DNA of 27,616 nt from the IMG/VR virus record IMGVR_UViG_3300029887_000004. One strand, 5' to 3'. Below are positions 1 to 8,124 of the stretch, in pieces. Within the stretch, counting starts at the first letter, position 1; the number at the start of each line of letters is the position of its first letter. The notes under the pieces were generated by a model, which did no database searches, was not told the origin of the DNA, and saw nothing but the letters and a program-made list of their open reading frames with translations. The position numbers and the translations under genes are program-made. The stretch comes from a virus. Taxonomy: Duplodnaviria; Heunggongvirae; Uroviricota; Caudoviricetes.

Positions 1-414
1 AATTCTATCCTTGAAATTTTGAACAAAATCCGCTGTAATAACTTTTGTAATATTTACATTGGTTGGTTCTATGCCATCTTCGACCAATACATTTATAATA
101 TCATCTTTTGTCCAAGTAGTGTTCATATCTTTGCATTTTTCTAGTTCAGATATCGAAATTGTTTCTTCAATAGTGTCAAAATCAACACATCCATAACCAA
201 TTCTCTCTCCGTTTTCAGCTAAATATAACATATAAAACATTCCTTCATTTTCACCGTTACCACGTAACTCATCAATGTTGTTGCCATACACAATATCAAT
301 TAAATTCCCTTCCCATGGATGATCTGCATAAAAATCACAATCATAACCATCTTCTGCATCGTATCTATCATCTTCTTCTGTCACAATCATCATGTACTTT
401 TTATCTGTTCTCAT
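1..414 (-). CDS. hypothetical acidic protein, partial (runs off window edge)
   Basis: Not in ORF track. GGAGG RBS then ATG at 414; open frame MRTDKKYMMIVTEEDDRYDAEDGY...QNFKDRI to base 1. Confidence 0.8.
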   Translation of the reverse strand, partial: MRTDKKYMMIVTEEDDRYDAEDGYDCDFYADHPWEGNLIDIVYGNNIDELRGNGENEGMFYMLYLAENGERIGYGCVDFDTIEETISISELEKCKDMNTTWTKDDIINVLVEDGIEPTNVNITKVITADFVQNFKDRI

Positions 415-702
415 ATTCTTTACCTCCATTTGATGAATATTTTTCGGCATATCGTTGGACAAACCTTTTACACCATCCTCCATTTCGAATGCCTTCTTGG
501 ATTACATAATCAGATTCTAAATTTTCTTTTGATGATTTACTGGCTTCATACTCCATATTATATAAAGTTTCTTCTAAACTATTGGCTGCAATTTCACTAT
601 CTGTGAATGCATATGCTCGTCCATAAGAATCAATACCAGATCCGCAAAAATTATCACCTAAATGCGTTAAAATATATTTCAATATTTTTGTTTTTCATCC
701 AT
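401..702 (-). pseudogene. hypothetical protein, paralogue of 4615-4863, apparent 1-bp deletion near 5' end
   Basis: GGAG RBS and ATG at 702 (MDEKQK) are out of frame with ORF 401-682; one extra A in the A-run restores MDEKQKILKYILTH. Confidence 0.6.
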
Positions 703-719
703 TTATATTCTCCATTTGC

Positions 720-1019
720 TCAAAAATCAAATTCTTTTAATCCGCCTGAATCGCGTATATATTCTGCCATATCAGGAATGCTTACTATATGTTTCTCTAA
801 TGCTTCTTTATCCTCTATTGCATAATAGCCATTTTTTTTAACTTCCTCGCTGGATTCGTAGTATAAGAAAATCGTATCAATTAAATTTTCCATTTCAGTT
901 CTAGGTTCATACCCCTGTTCTCTAATCCATGCTGCCATGTAATCATAATCGCACCATTTTTCTTTCGGATATTGTGAGTAATCTTTTTCTTCTGTCCATC
1001 GTCCAAACCAATCAACCAT
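720..1019 (-). CDS. hypothetical protein
   Basis: ORF track; start moved to ATG 1019 (MVDWFG) after AAAGGCGG. Confidence 0.75.
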   Translation of the reverse strand: MVDWFGRWTEEKDYSQYPKEKWCDYDYMAAWIREQGYEPRTEMENLIDTIFLYYESSEEVKKNGYYAIEDKEALEKHIVSIPDMAEYIRDSGGLKEFDF

Positions 1020-1122
1020 ATTTATACCGCCTTTCTTATAATTATTTTTCAACTTTTTTCATAGCAATTTCAATCCGTGAACCGTCTGGAAGATTCCACA
1101 TTCTTTTCATATTATTCACCCC

Positions 1123-1341
1123 CTAACAAATTCCGTTTTCTCTAAATTCTACAAGCAGCCCATACATCCTTCCTTTCTTTTCAAAGAAATCGTTCCAATT
1201 AGATAATTCTTCGATCGAATAATTCTGATTGTACATATCTGCTTGCCATTCAATTGCTTTATCTCTCCACTTTGCTTTTTGTTTTACATAACTTTCATGT
1301 CGTGATAACGCTCTATGTTTTGTATAATCTGACTGTCTCAT
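1123..1341 (-). CDS. hypothetical protein
   Basis: 72-aa ORF with AAGGAG RBS. Confidence 0.75.
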   Translation of the reverse strand: MRQSDYTKHRALSRHESYVKQKAKWRDKAIEWQADMYNQNYSIEELSNWNDFFEKKGRMYGLLVEFRENGIC

Positions 1342-1365
1342 AATCTATTCTCCTTTTCTGCAATC

Positions 1366-1395
1366 AAAAAGCAAATAACATATCGCTATCTGCTT
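1366..1395 (-). terminator. probable intrinsic terminator
   Basis: AGCAGATA/TATTTGCT stem followed by T-run on minus strand. Confidence 0.5.
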
Positions 1396-1599
1396 CTACA
1401 CATCAAAATTATATTCTGGATAAAGATATTCCAAATTCAAATCTTCCTCTAACCAGCAATGATCTGAAATATCCGGAATATCTACAATCACATGATCTGG
1501 GTGTGTTTCTTTTATTTCTCCATTATGCCATTTACCTGTGTCTGGATCATGATACTTAACTTTTTGTTTTACCTTGAATAAGTGTGTTAAATTTGCCAT
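1396..1599 (-). CDS. hypothetical small protein
   Basis: 67-aa ORF with GGAG RBS. Confidence 0.75.
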   Translation of the reverse strand: MANLTHLFKVKQKVKYHDPDTGKWHNGEIKETHPDHVIVDIPDISDHCWLEEDLNLEYLYPEYNFDV

Positions 1600-1677
1600 A
1601 ATTTTTCATCTCCGTTTCTTGGGTCAATATAATCAGTTCCATTTTCATCATAACAAAATTAATATGTATACATACAT

Positions 1678-2175
1678 TTAGACCTCCGTTTTTATATATT
1701 GTCTTTGCTTTATATCTACTTCCTCCATATCTTCAACTCGTTCGCACAACAAATTTAGCACCAGTTTCAACATTTCCATATCATTATACTCAAATGCTAA
1801 CACAAGATCTTGAACAGTTTCCTCTCTATGCTCTTCATCATCATATCCATCTGATAGACATGAACAAATTTTTTCTGCTAACTTTTCGTTATCTGCTTCT
1901 TTTTCCCAGTCATATGCCGGAATATCATCAATAATATCTGCGTCTCTATCCATTCGGATCAAGTCAATTTCATTTATCCATGCATACTGAAGTAAGATCC
2001 GTAAATCTTTTGGCATATCACTGATATTGGTTTCGTTTTGAGCTGGTACACTGATAAAAACACCTTCTTCATATTCATAAGTATATGGTGGTTCCATGGC
2101 ATTGAGTCCTTTAATAGTTTTCTGTTTTAAATGTGCTGTACTAATTTCTAGATATTTTCTTTCATTTGTTTTCAT
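1678..2175 (-). CDS. DUF5983-like protein
   Basis: Motifs ISTAHL and MPKDL..LLQYA...IRMDRDA.IIDDIPAYDW recalled from DUF5983; AAGGGAG RBS. Confidence 0.6.
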   Translation of the reverse strand: MKTNERKYLEISTAHLKQKTIKGLNAMEPPYTYEYEEGVFISVPAQNETNISDMPKDLRILLQYAWINEIDLIRMDRDADIIDDIPAYDWEKEADNEKLAEKICSCLSDGYDDEEHREETVQDLVLAFEYNDMEMLKLVLNLLCERVEDMEEVDIKQRQYIKTEV

Positions 2176-2228
2176 ATTTTGATTCTCCCTTCTGAAATCC
2201 TTGTTTCATTTTTCTATTATTCTCCAAC

Positions 2229-2265
2229 AAAAAAAGGAACCATACACTATTCTGTATGATTCCTT
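2229..2265 (-). terminator. terminator after mazF
   Basis: AAGGAATCATAC/GTATGGTTCCTT stem with T-tail on minus strand. Confidence 0.75.
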
Positions 2266-2289
2266 CGTTTCGCATATTCATTTACATTT

Positions 2290-2616
2290 TTACATAAAGC
2301 TTGTTACTAAATCTCTAGCTTCTTTCCATATGTCTTCTGGGCATTTTTCTTTGAATTTTCCATTACGTGCTCCAATATCAAGCATTTTTGCCTGGTCACA
2401 TAATACCACGCCCGTTGTCTGCGTTCTGGCGTCCAGCTCGATATGAAACGGATGATGTTTATTTGTATTTGTAATTGGACACACCATTGCCATGGCACTA
2501 TGATAATTTAAAATATCATTGCTTATTACAAGCGCTGGTCTTCTTCCTGACTGTTCATGTCCTTGCTGCGGATTGAAATCCATTGTAATAATATCACCTT
2601 GAGTATAATTTACCAA
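2290..2616 (-). CDS. mazF: PemK/MazF-family endoribonuclease toxin
   Basis: QGDII.MDFNPQQGHEQSGRRPALVISND...VCPIT...LCDQ signature. Confidence 0.95.
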   Translation of the reverse strand: MVNYTQGDIITMDFNPQQGHEQSGRRPALVISNDILNYHSAMAMVCPITNTNKHHPFHIELDARTQTTGVVLCDQAKMLDIGARNGKFKEKCPEDIWKEARDLVTSFM

Positions 2617-2909
2617 ACTTCGTTCCCTACATGAGTACCTACATCAACCTCTTGACTACTTTCTACATAAATATCATCAATCGGTTTGTTGTAAAATGCT
2701 TCAAGCCTTTCTTTCAAGTTTAAATATTTTGGTTTTGCCTTTTTAATGGTAATAATGCCATCGTCTACGCTAATTTCTACGTTATCGTTTTCTTTTAATC
2801 CAGCACTACTAATGATTTCTTTTGATAAGCGAATACCTTGGCTATTCCCCCATTTTTTTATGGCTGTTTGTGAAATGAATATGCTTTCCTTTCTGTTCGC
2901 AATTGTCAT
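2610..2909 (-). CDS. mazE: AbrB/MazE-family antitoxin
   Basis: IKKWGNSQGIRL motif, C-terminal VGNEVW, overlaps mazF; start at ATG 2909 after GGAGG. Confidence 0.92.
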   Translation of the reverse strand: MTIANRKESIFISQTAIKKWGNSQGIRLSKEIISSAGLKENDNVEISVDDGIITIKKAKPKYLNLKERLEAFYNKPIDDIYVESSQEVDVGTHVGNEVW

Positions 2910-2940
2910 TCTTTTAGCCTCCCTGTCAAGTATACACAAC

Positions 2941-2986
2941 GGATATACCTTAATAATAGTATATACAAAGTATATCCTTTTGTCAA
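2941..2986 (-). promoter_or_regulatory. sigmaA promoter of mazEF with operator inverted repeat
   Basis: TTGACA (2986-2981), 17 bp, TATACT (2963-2958); inverted repeat GGATATAC 2941-2948 / GTATATCC 2970-2977. Confidence 0.8.
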
Positions 2987-3049
2987 TAATTTTATTCTTG
3001 CAATATTTTACAAATTAATAGGCTCATCGTTCTCATTATATTCAATCGG

Positions 3050-3094
3050 TTTACACTCCCCACAGCTAAAGCAAGGGGTTTTACGACGCATTGG
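3050..3094 (-). mobile_element. 45-bp IS200/IS605-type palindromic remnant (PATE-like)
   Basis: TTAT then CCAATGCGTCGTAAAACCCCTTGCTTTAGCTGTGGGGAGTGTAAA; single hairpin, sits between an RBS and an orphan gene tail. Confidence 0.6.
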
Positions 3095-3124
3095 ATAAAA
3101 TAGCACCTCCTTGAAATGCGGTTT

Positions 3125-3418
3125 TCATTTACTTAATACTTTCCATTTATCAATATTTTCAGTATCAAAAAACGAATGTAATTCCTCTTCTGATAATGGT
3201 GTAATTCCATAAACACCATCATATCCAAATCTTTTCAAATCATCTTTTATAAACTCTTCTGCCTCTTCAAAAGTTGGATAATGGTCTGCTTTGATTGCTA
3301 TACTATACTCCGTATCTATAAGACCTCTACTAATTTCACATCCATTTTCTGTACCATTTTTGATTTCTTCTTCTGTTGCCTTTACTCCGCAATTTAATTC
3401 GTAATATTTAATCTTCAT
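3125..3418 (-). CDS. hypothetical protein
   Basis: 97-aa ORF with GGAGG RBS; TGA stop is the start of the junction motif. Confidence 0.8.
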   Translation of the reverse strand: MKIKYYELNCGVKATEEEIKNGTENGCEISRGLIDTEYSIAIKADHYPTFEEAEEFIKDDLKRFGYDGVYGITPLSEEELHSFFDTENIDKWKVLSK

Positions 3419-3791
3419 AATATTCCTCCCAGTCCTCTTCGCTTAACAATTTCCATAATTCATAAACCATCTTTTTACACGCTTCCATATCTTCATAAAC
3501 ATCTTTCATATCATATGGCGCGCCATTAAGTCCATGTCACGTATTATCTAGCCACAAATATGCCTCATAGCTGCAATCATAATTATCATAATATTCTTCA
3601 ATATCATTTAGTAATGTATGTACATTGTTATCTTTCATTTCCGCTTCAAAACTAAAATCTTGATCTGCCGGACTGTACTTTGAAAATTCATAAGAAAAAT
3701 CGTCACCATCATTTGATTCAATATCAACTTTCCATCCGTTCTCTTCTGCAATCTCTATAATTCTATCTCTCATGGTTTGTAATTTGTTCAT
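3408..3791 (-). pseudogene. hypothetical phage protein with in-frame TGA at 3537-3539
   Basis: YLWLDNT*HGLNGAPYDMKDVYEDMEACKK...; frame continues to TAA 3408 and overlaps next start. Confidence 0.75.
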
Positions 3792-3818
3792 ATCATCAAC
3801 CTCCGATCAAATATATTG

Positions 3819-3980
3819 TTATTCACATTCTATACAATTATTTTCAATTTCTTCTTCTGTTTTCCATTCTTCAAGTCCAACGCATCTGCATTCACAACTA
3901 TCCTTTTCATCACAGTAAAAGCAACATTTAGAGCATTTACTATCTTCTGGAACAGAAACATCAATTAAACATTTCAACAT
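3819..3980 (-). CDS. small Cys-rich protein (53 aa)
   Basis: Not in track. GAGGTG RBS; MLKCLIDVSVPEDSKCSKCCFYCDEKDSCECRCVG... Confidence 0.7.
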   Translation of the reverse strand: MLKCLIDVSVPEDSKCSKCCFYCDEKDSCECRCVGLEEWKTEEEIENNCIECE

Positions 3981-4001
3981 ATTATCACCTCACCAAAATA
4001 A

Positions 4002-4322
4002 TTAATCTTCATAATTAACTCTGTACATTTCCTCATATTCTTCTGATAAACTTCTCAATACATCTTTATAGATGTAAAGCTGATTATTTTCTAAATAATT
4101 ACGCAATCCTATTTCCGTATCAAAGAATTCCTCAACGGCTGTCGAATTTGCCCATCTGTCAAAAGATGCTAATGCAGCTGCTCGCAATAACCATTTTCCA
4201 TTTGTATCACTATGTGGTTCTACAACCAGGAATAAAATTGTATCTGTTTTCGCTTGTAGTGTTGTTTCATATTCATCAACTTCATAGCCGTTATCCTCAA
4301 ACCAATTCTTTATAATATCCAT
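4002..4322 (-). CDS. hypothetical protein
   Basis: ORF track; start moved to ATG 4322 after AGGAG. Confidence 0.75.
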   Translation of the reverse strand: MDIIKNWFEDNGYEVDEYETTLQAKTDTILFLVVEPHSDTNGKWLLRAAALASFDRWANSTAVEEFFDTEIGLRNYLENNQLYIYKDVLRSLSEEYEEMYRVNYED

Positions 4323-4349
4323 AAGATACATCTCCTAAAAATGTATTTT

Positions 4350-4601
4350 TCATTTAATTCCATGCTCTTTTTCAAAATCCAATAAATTCTGAATTGCATC
4401 ATCGAATGCTTTATCTGTTGCTTCATTTTTTGTATGTGATACAACAGAACCCATATAATTTGCAAAAGACTTCAAAGCTCTATATTGTTCCATTTCTTTA
4501 ACTGTAAGACCTAGATGATCTGCTTCATGTTGCATAATTTCTTTAGCATCTTTGCTCTCATATCCGCATGTCTCACAAACATATATTGTATACTGTTTCA
4601 C
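4350..4601 (-). CDS. hypothetical protein with C2H2-like motif
   Basis: YVCETCGY...MQHEADH; GAGGTG RBS, GTG start. Confidence 0.75.
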   Translation of the reverse strand: MKQYTIYVCETCGYESKDAKEIMQHEADHLGLTVKEMEQYRALKSFANYMGSVVSHTKNEATDKAFDDAIQNLLDFEKEHGIK

Positions 4602-4614
4602 TTAATCACCTCAT

Positions 4615-4863
4615 TTACATTTCTGTAAATACTGCTCTCCAGCATCCATCTATAACTATATTGTCTCTTCTATAATCTGGCCTCTTTGAGTTCAGTTCAT
4701 GGAATTCTTCACACCCAAGATCATAAAGAATTTCTGTTAATGCATCAGCTGCAATTTCACTATCTGTCCAAGCGTAAGCTTTTTCATCTCCGTCTACACC
4801 AGAGCAACACCAGTTCTCAGTAAGACTACTCATAATAATGTGCAGTAATTTCTTTTTGTTCAC
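4615..4863 (-). CDS. hypothetical protein, paralogue of 401-702
   Basis: AYAWTDSEIAADAL vs AYAFTDSEIAANSL; GAGGTG RBS. Confidence 0.8.
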   Translation of the reverse strand: MNKKKLLHIIMSSLTENWCCSGVDGDEKAYAWTDSEIAADALTEILYDLGCEEFHELNSKRPDYRRDNIVIDGCWRAVFTEM

Positions 4864-4886
4864 ACTAACACCTCAACCTGAATACT

Positions 4887-5051
4887 TTATTCACCATCGT
4901 TTCCGTCAGAATCTCTAAGTACTGCGTTTTCAATGTAAATATCAATTCCAGCAGAAGCGCATTTACTTAGAAATTCATCCATTGCTTCATCATATGTGTT
5001 TTCGCTTGTTTTAAAATAAATACTACTGTCGCTTATATATAATTCATTCAT
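4887..5051 (-). CDS. hypothetical protein (54 aa)
   Basis: Start moved to ATG 5051 after AGGAGG that follows the junction motif. Confidence 0.7.
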   Translation of the reverse strand: MNELYISDSSIYFKTSENTYDEAMDEFLSKCASAGIDIYIENAVLRDSDGNDGE

Positions 5052-5107
5052 AACTCTACCTCCTAATAAAATGTGCTTTTCATCCGTTTTCAAATCTTTA
5101 TCTTCAT

Positions 5108-5308
5108 CTATGTTTCAACAAAATATCTATTGATAATACTTTCAGGAATTGCTAATATTCTTCCGTCACTTTTTAATTTATATAAGTTATCTCTAATCAG
5201 TCTCTTACGAATTAGAATAACTGTAGCTTTTGGTGAAATTTCATATAATGAGCCATCCCATTGATACCCATTTTGACTACAACCATTCAAAATATATTGT
5301 TTTTCCAT
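5108..5308 (-). CDS. hypothetical protein
   Basis: 66-aa ORF with GGGAG RBS. Confidence 0.7.
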   Translation of the reverse strand: MEKQYILNGCSQNGYQWDGSLYEISPKATVILIRKRLIRDNLYKLKSDGRILAIPESIINRYFVET

Positions 5309-5377
5309 TTTTTCTGTTCTCCCAAATTATAATTACCATTCCATTGATGCATCTATTTCCAATAATTTTCTATCTTC

Positions 5378-5794
5378 CTACATAACACCATAATTAGGAC
5401 GGTTGTATCTGTACCCGTGTTCATCCTTATACTTTTCAAGTGCTGCAAACATATCTCGTTCTAACTGGGAAGCCCAGTTATCCGAATTCCAATTTACGTT
5501 CACATTCCAATCTGCATATCCATCTGATTCCCATTCAATGTTTTTAATACAAACAAAATAATCAATAACGGGTGTTTTATTACCAGAACACGGAATACGA
5601 GATACCTGTTCTTCGGTTAGAATATTTAATTCTATATCTATATATCCAAATTCTAAAACCGCAACCCCTATGTACCTTTCTCCATCTTCTTCCATATTCT
5701 CCATCCAATTTTTACGAAGATCGTCAATTAGATTTTCAATTCCGTTTAAAAAGAATTTATATTCTTTAAATTTCTTTGCCTCTTCAATAGTCAT
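5378..5794 (-). CDS. hypothetical protein
   Basis: Start moved to ATG 5794 after AGGAGG that follows the junction motif. Confidence 0.8.
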   Translation of the reverse strand: MTIEEAKKFKEYKFFLNGIENLIDDLRKNWMENMEEDGERYIGVAVLEFGYIDIELNILTEEQVSRIPCSGNKTPVIDYFVCIKNIEWESDGYADWNVNVNWNSDNWASQLERDMFAALEKYKDEHGYRYNRPNYGVM

Positions 5795-5830
5795 ATATTC
5801 ACAATCCTCCTTTTGAAATTTCCGTTTCAA

Positions 5831-5983
5831 TTATATTCCAAACGCCATAAATACAATCGCACACAGCAACATACCAAATGCTGTAAGCGCTAAAGCTCCT
5901 TTAATTGTCAAGTTAGATCTTGACATATGGCTTCCCATGTACCAACATGTCAAACTAATTAATGTACATGTAATTCCTCTCAT
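5831..5983 (-). CDS. small membrane protein (50 aa)
   Basis: Not in track. GGAG RBS; MRGITCTLISLTCWYMG...GALALTAFGMLLCAIVFMAFGI; ATG overlaps upstream TGA. Confidence 0.7.
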   Translation of the reverse strand: MRGITCTLISLTCWYMGSHMSRSNLTIKGALALTAFGMLLCAIVFMAFGI

Positions 5984-6132
5984 TTTTTTATCTCCTTTGT
6001 TCTCAAACATTTCTCTTTATAAGCATATTCTCTGTCATAAACTTCTTTATAGAATTGAATATCCTGTGCTGTTGCTCTTTTTACTTTCTCTATACAATTT
6101 TGTAAAAAAGCCAAACTTTCTTCCTTATTCAA
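5980..6132 (-). CDS. hypothetical protein (50 aa)
   Basis: Start moved to TTG 6132 after GGAGG that follows the junction motif. Confidence 0.7.
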   Translation of the reverse strand: MNKEESLAFLQNCIEKVKRATAQDIQFYKEVYDREYAYKEKCLRTKEIKK

Positions 6133-6163
6133 ATGTTTTCCTCCTATACTTTCCGTTTCACTG

Positions 6164-6529
6164 TTATTTCCACCCAATATCTTTCGGTGTAATTTCAATA
6201 TAACAATGTGGTATGCACGATTTACCGAAGTTTACACCAATAAAAATACTTGTGTCTCTTAAAGATATTTCTGTACTTGTAATTTTACAAAATTTTATAA
6301 TATACCACGGTAATTTATTCTTGATCCATGTCATTCTCATTGAATCACTATCTGAAATTTTCTCATAAAGCGAATACATTTCATTTTTCTTTGTCTCATA
6401 TTCTCTTCTATCATTAATAATTTCATCCCTACATTCCTGATACATCTTACAATACTGTTCATCAAGGCTATTTGATAATTCAATCAAGGATGTCTGTATA
6501 CTCTTCAATCTTTCGTAACTATTTCTCAT
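6164..6529 (-). CDS. hypothetical protein
   Basis: 121-aa ORF with GAGGAG RBS. Confidence 0.75.
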   Translation of the reverse strand: MRNSYERLKSIQTSLIELSNSLDEQYCKMYQECRDEIINDRREYETKKNEMYSLYEKISDSDSMRMTWIKNKLPWYIIKFCKITSTEISLRDTSIFIGVNFGKSCIPHCYIEITPKDIGWK

Positions 6530-6546
6530 ATAAAATCACTCCTCAT

Positions 6547-6741
6547 TTATAATTTAACTCCATCAGTAGGGAGTTCGAATTCTTTTACCAGTTCATCAAA
6601 TACATCATCTGGCATCTGACTTAGATTATCTTCAATATCCTCTTTACTGAAATCATGGTTTGCATATCCGAAAAACTGTTCAATCTGTTCATTGTTTGCC
6701 TTATGTAATATAAAGTCCATCATCATTTCTTCAATATCCAT
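6547..6741 (-). CDS. hypothetical acidic protein
   Basis: 64-aa ORF with AGGAGG RBS. Confidence 0.75.
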   Translation of the reverse strand: MDIEEMMMDFILHKANNEQIEQFFGYANHDFSKEDIEDNLSQMPDDVFDELVKEFELPTDGVKL

Positions 6742-6774
6742 ATTATTTTCCTCCTAATACTTTCCATTTCATTA

Positions 6775-7086
6775 CTACTCATAATCTCTACATAAATCCA
6801 ATACTGTATCAATAATATTCTGTACGGAATTAATTCCATACCCACTCAACATATCAAACGAAGAATTGTCAGATACATATACTAAATCACAATAATGACA
6901 CCATCCATCTTCTTCGTTATTAACAAATGTAATTTCAAGATTAATTTCGTTTGTTAATGGATATTGCCAAGCTCTGTTATCAAACGATGTTGGTTTATTT
7001 CCATTTCCGCTCCACATTTCAGGATTCATTTCTTTTAAAAACTCTGATACTATTTCAGTTGCTTTTTCTCTTGTCATATTATCCAC
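6775..7086 (-). CDS. hypothetical protein
   Basis: 103-aa ORF; start may be ATG 7077. Confidence 0.75.
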   Translation of the reverse strand: MDNMTREKATEIVSEFLKEMNPEMWSGNGNKPTSFDNRAWQYPLTNEINLEITFVNNEEDGWCHYCDLVYVSDNSSFDMLSGYGINSVQNIIDTVLDLCRDYE

Positions 7087-7101
7087 TCGCTTTCTTATTA
7101 T

Positions 7102-7278
7102 TTATGTATTGTGATAACCAATCGGTTCTTCACCTCTTAACTTGAGTTCCATTCTTAAAGCTTCAACAGAAACACATCCTGCAATAGGTTGGTTACAATC
7201 AACTGACATCCAAATTCTGTTTTTAATCTCTTCTGTTGTCCAATCTTTTACTTTTTCTAATTCCCATTCATACACCAT
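7102..7278 (-). CDS. hypothetical protein (58 aa)
   Basis: Not in track. GGAGG directly after junction motif; MVYEWELEKVKDWTTEEIKNRIW... Confidence 0.75.
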   Translation of the reverse strand: MVYEWELEKVKDWTTEEIKNRIWMSVDCNQPIAGCVSVEALRMELKLRGEEPIGYHNT

Positions 7279-7345
7279 GTTATTTCCTCCTGAAATCTAC
7301 GTTTCATCTATATAATTCACGTTTACACTTCTATCTAACAAATCA

Positions 7346-7519
7346 TCATTTCTTTTTGTTCTCTTTGACTTCGAATGAAATGTTACAAGTTGCAAATGGA
7401 CACTTCCAACATTCATAATGTTTACCTTTGTCACAATTTTTCTCATTCACAATACAACCTTGTTCATGAATGTAATCTCTTTCTTCAAATGAATTACAAA
7501 TAATTTTTATAAAATTCAT
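7346..7519 (-). CDS. small Cys-rich protein (57 aa)
   Basis: Not in track. MNFIKIICNSFEERDY...YECWKCPFATC; flanked by junction motifs. Confidence 0.7.
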   Translation of the reverse strand: MNFIKIICNSFEERDYIHEQGCIVNEKNCDKGKHYECWKCPFATCNISFEVKENKKK

Positions 7520-7548
7520 ATTTTTCCACCCTATAAATCATCGTTTCA

Positions 7549-7866
7549 TCAGTTTTCTACTTCTACAAAAACAGTGTACTCAATTCCATTACATTCAAAA
7601 TTCCATTCACCGTCATATGTGCAACCTGGCTCTGTGCATGTCAACTCAAACCCATTATGGAATAATACCCCTTCTGTATATGGAGCTTCTTCTTCACAAA
7701 TTACTAATTTAATATCCACTTCAATTCCGTTTGGGAATTTTGCGGCGTGTGTAATCGTCTCATCTCGTTTATACCCATATTTCTGATAAATTTCATCGCC
7801 TGTAAGATTAAGTAAATCGTTAATTAACTTCATTTCCGCGTTTGAAATTTTAATTGTTTGTACCAT
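7549..7866 (-). CDS. hypothetical protein
   Basis: Start moved to ATG 7866 after GGAGG. Confidence 0.8.
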   Translation of the reverse strand: MVQTIKISNAEMKLINDLLNLTGDEIYQKYGYKRDETITHAAKFPNGIEVDIKLVICEEEAPYTEGVLFHNGFELTCTEPGCTYDGEWNFECNGIEYTVFVEVEN

Positions 7867-7918
7867 AATATTTTCCTCCAATTCTAAAATCCAAATGAAA
7901 ATCTTGTTTCATCTAATA

Positions 7919-8113
7919 TTAATTTATGGGTTCTACCATATCAAATCTTGCCACGTTCAGGTACCTCGCTTTTAAATTAGAATTGTATGTTGCAGCAATT
8001 TCCATACATTGACTTCTACAATTCTGCTTATACTCACAGCTGCCACATTCATCTGTTTCACTTTCCTGATATGATAAGATTTTGTCTTCATAGTCATTTT
8101 CCCAATGTTCCAT
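7919..8113 (-). CDS. small Cys-containing protein
   Basis: CGSCEYKQNCRSQC; AGGAG RBS. Confidence 0.7.
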   Translation of the reverse strand: MEHWENDYEDKILSYQESETDECGSCEYKQNCRSQCMEIAATYNSNLKARYLNVARFDMVEPIN

Positions 8114-8124
8114 TTCCGTTTCTC

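Larger units (their letters stand above)
2193..7911 (-). repeat. dispersed 16-bp junction motif TGAAA-N6-TTTCA, about 12 copies
   Basis: Perfect arms at 2193, 3112, 5814, 7291, 7896; degenerate at 4337, 5067, 5328, 6145, 6756, 7338, 7533; all at gene junctions. Confidence 0.85.

Noticed and set aside
1632..5117. Extra junction-motif candidates at 1632-1647, 4879-4893 and 5102-5117
   Set aside because: One arm is poor or the spacer is 5 bp, so they were not counted.
2193..7911. Junction motif as CRISPR repeat, attC site or CcpA cre site
   Set aside because: Intervals are whole genes; no RYYYAAC/GTTRRRY attC stems; cre has a shorter spacing with a conserved central CG.
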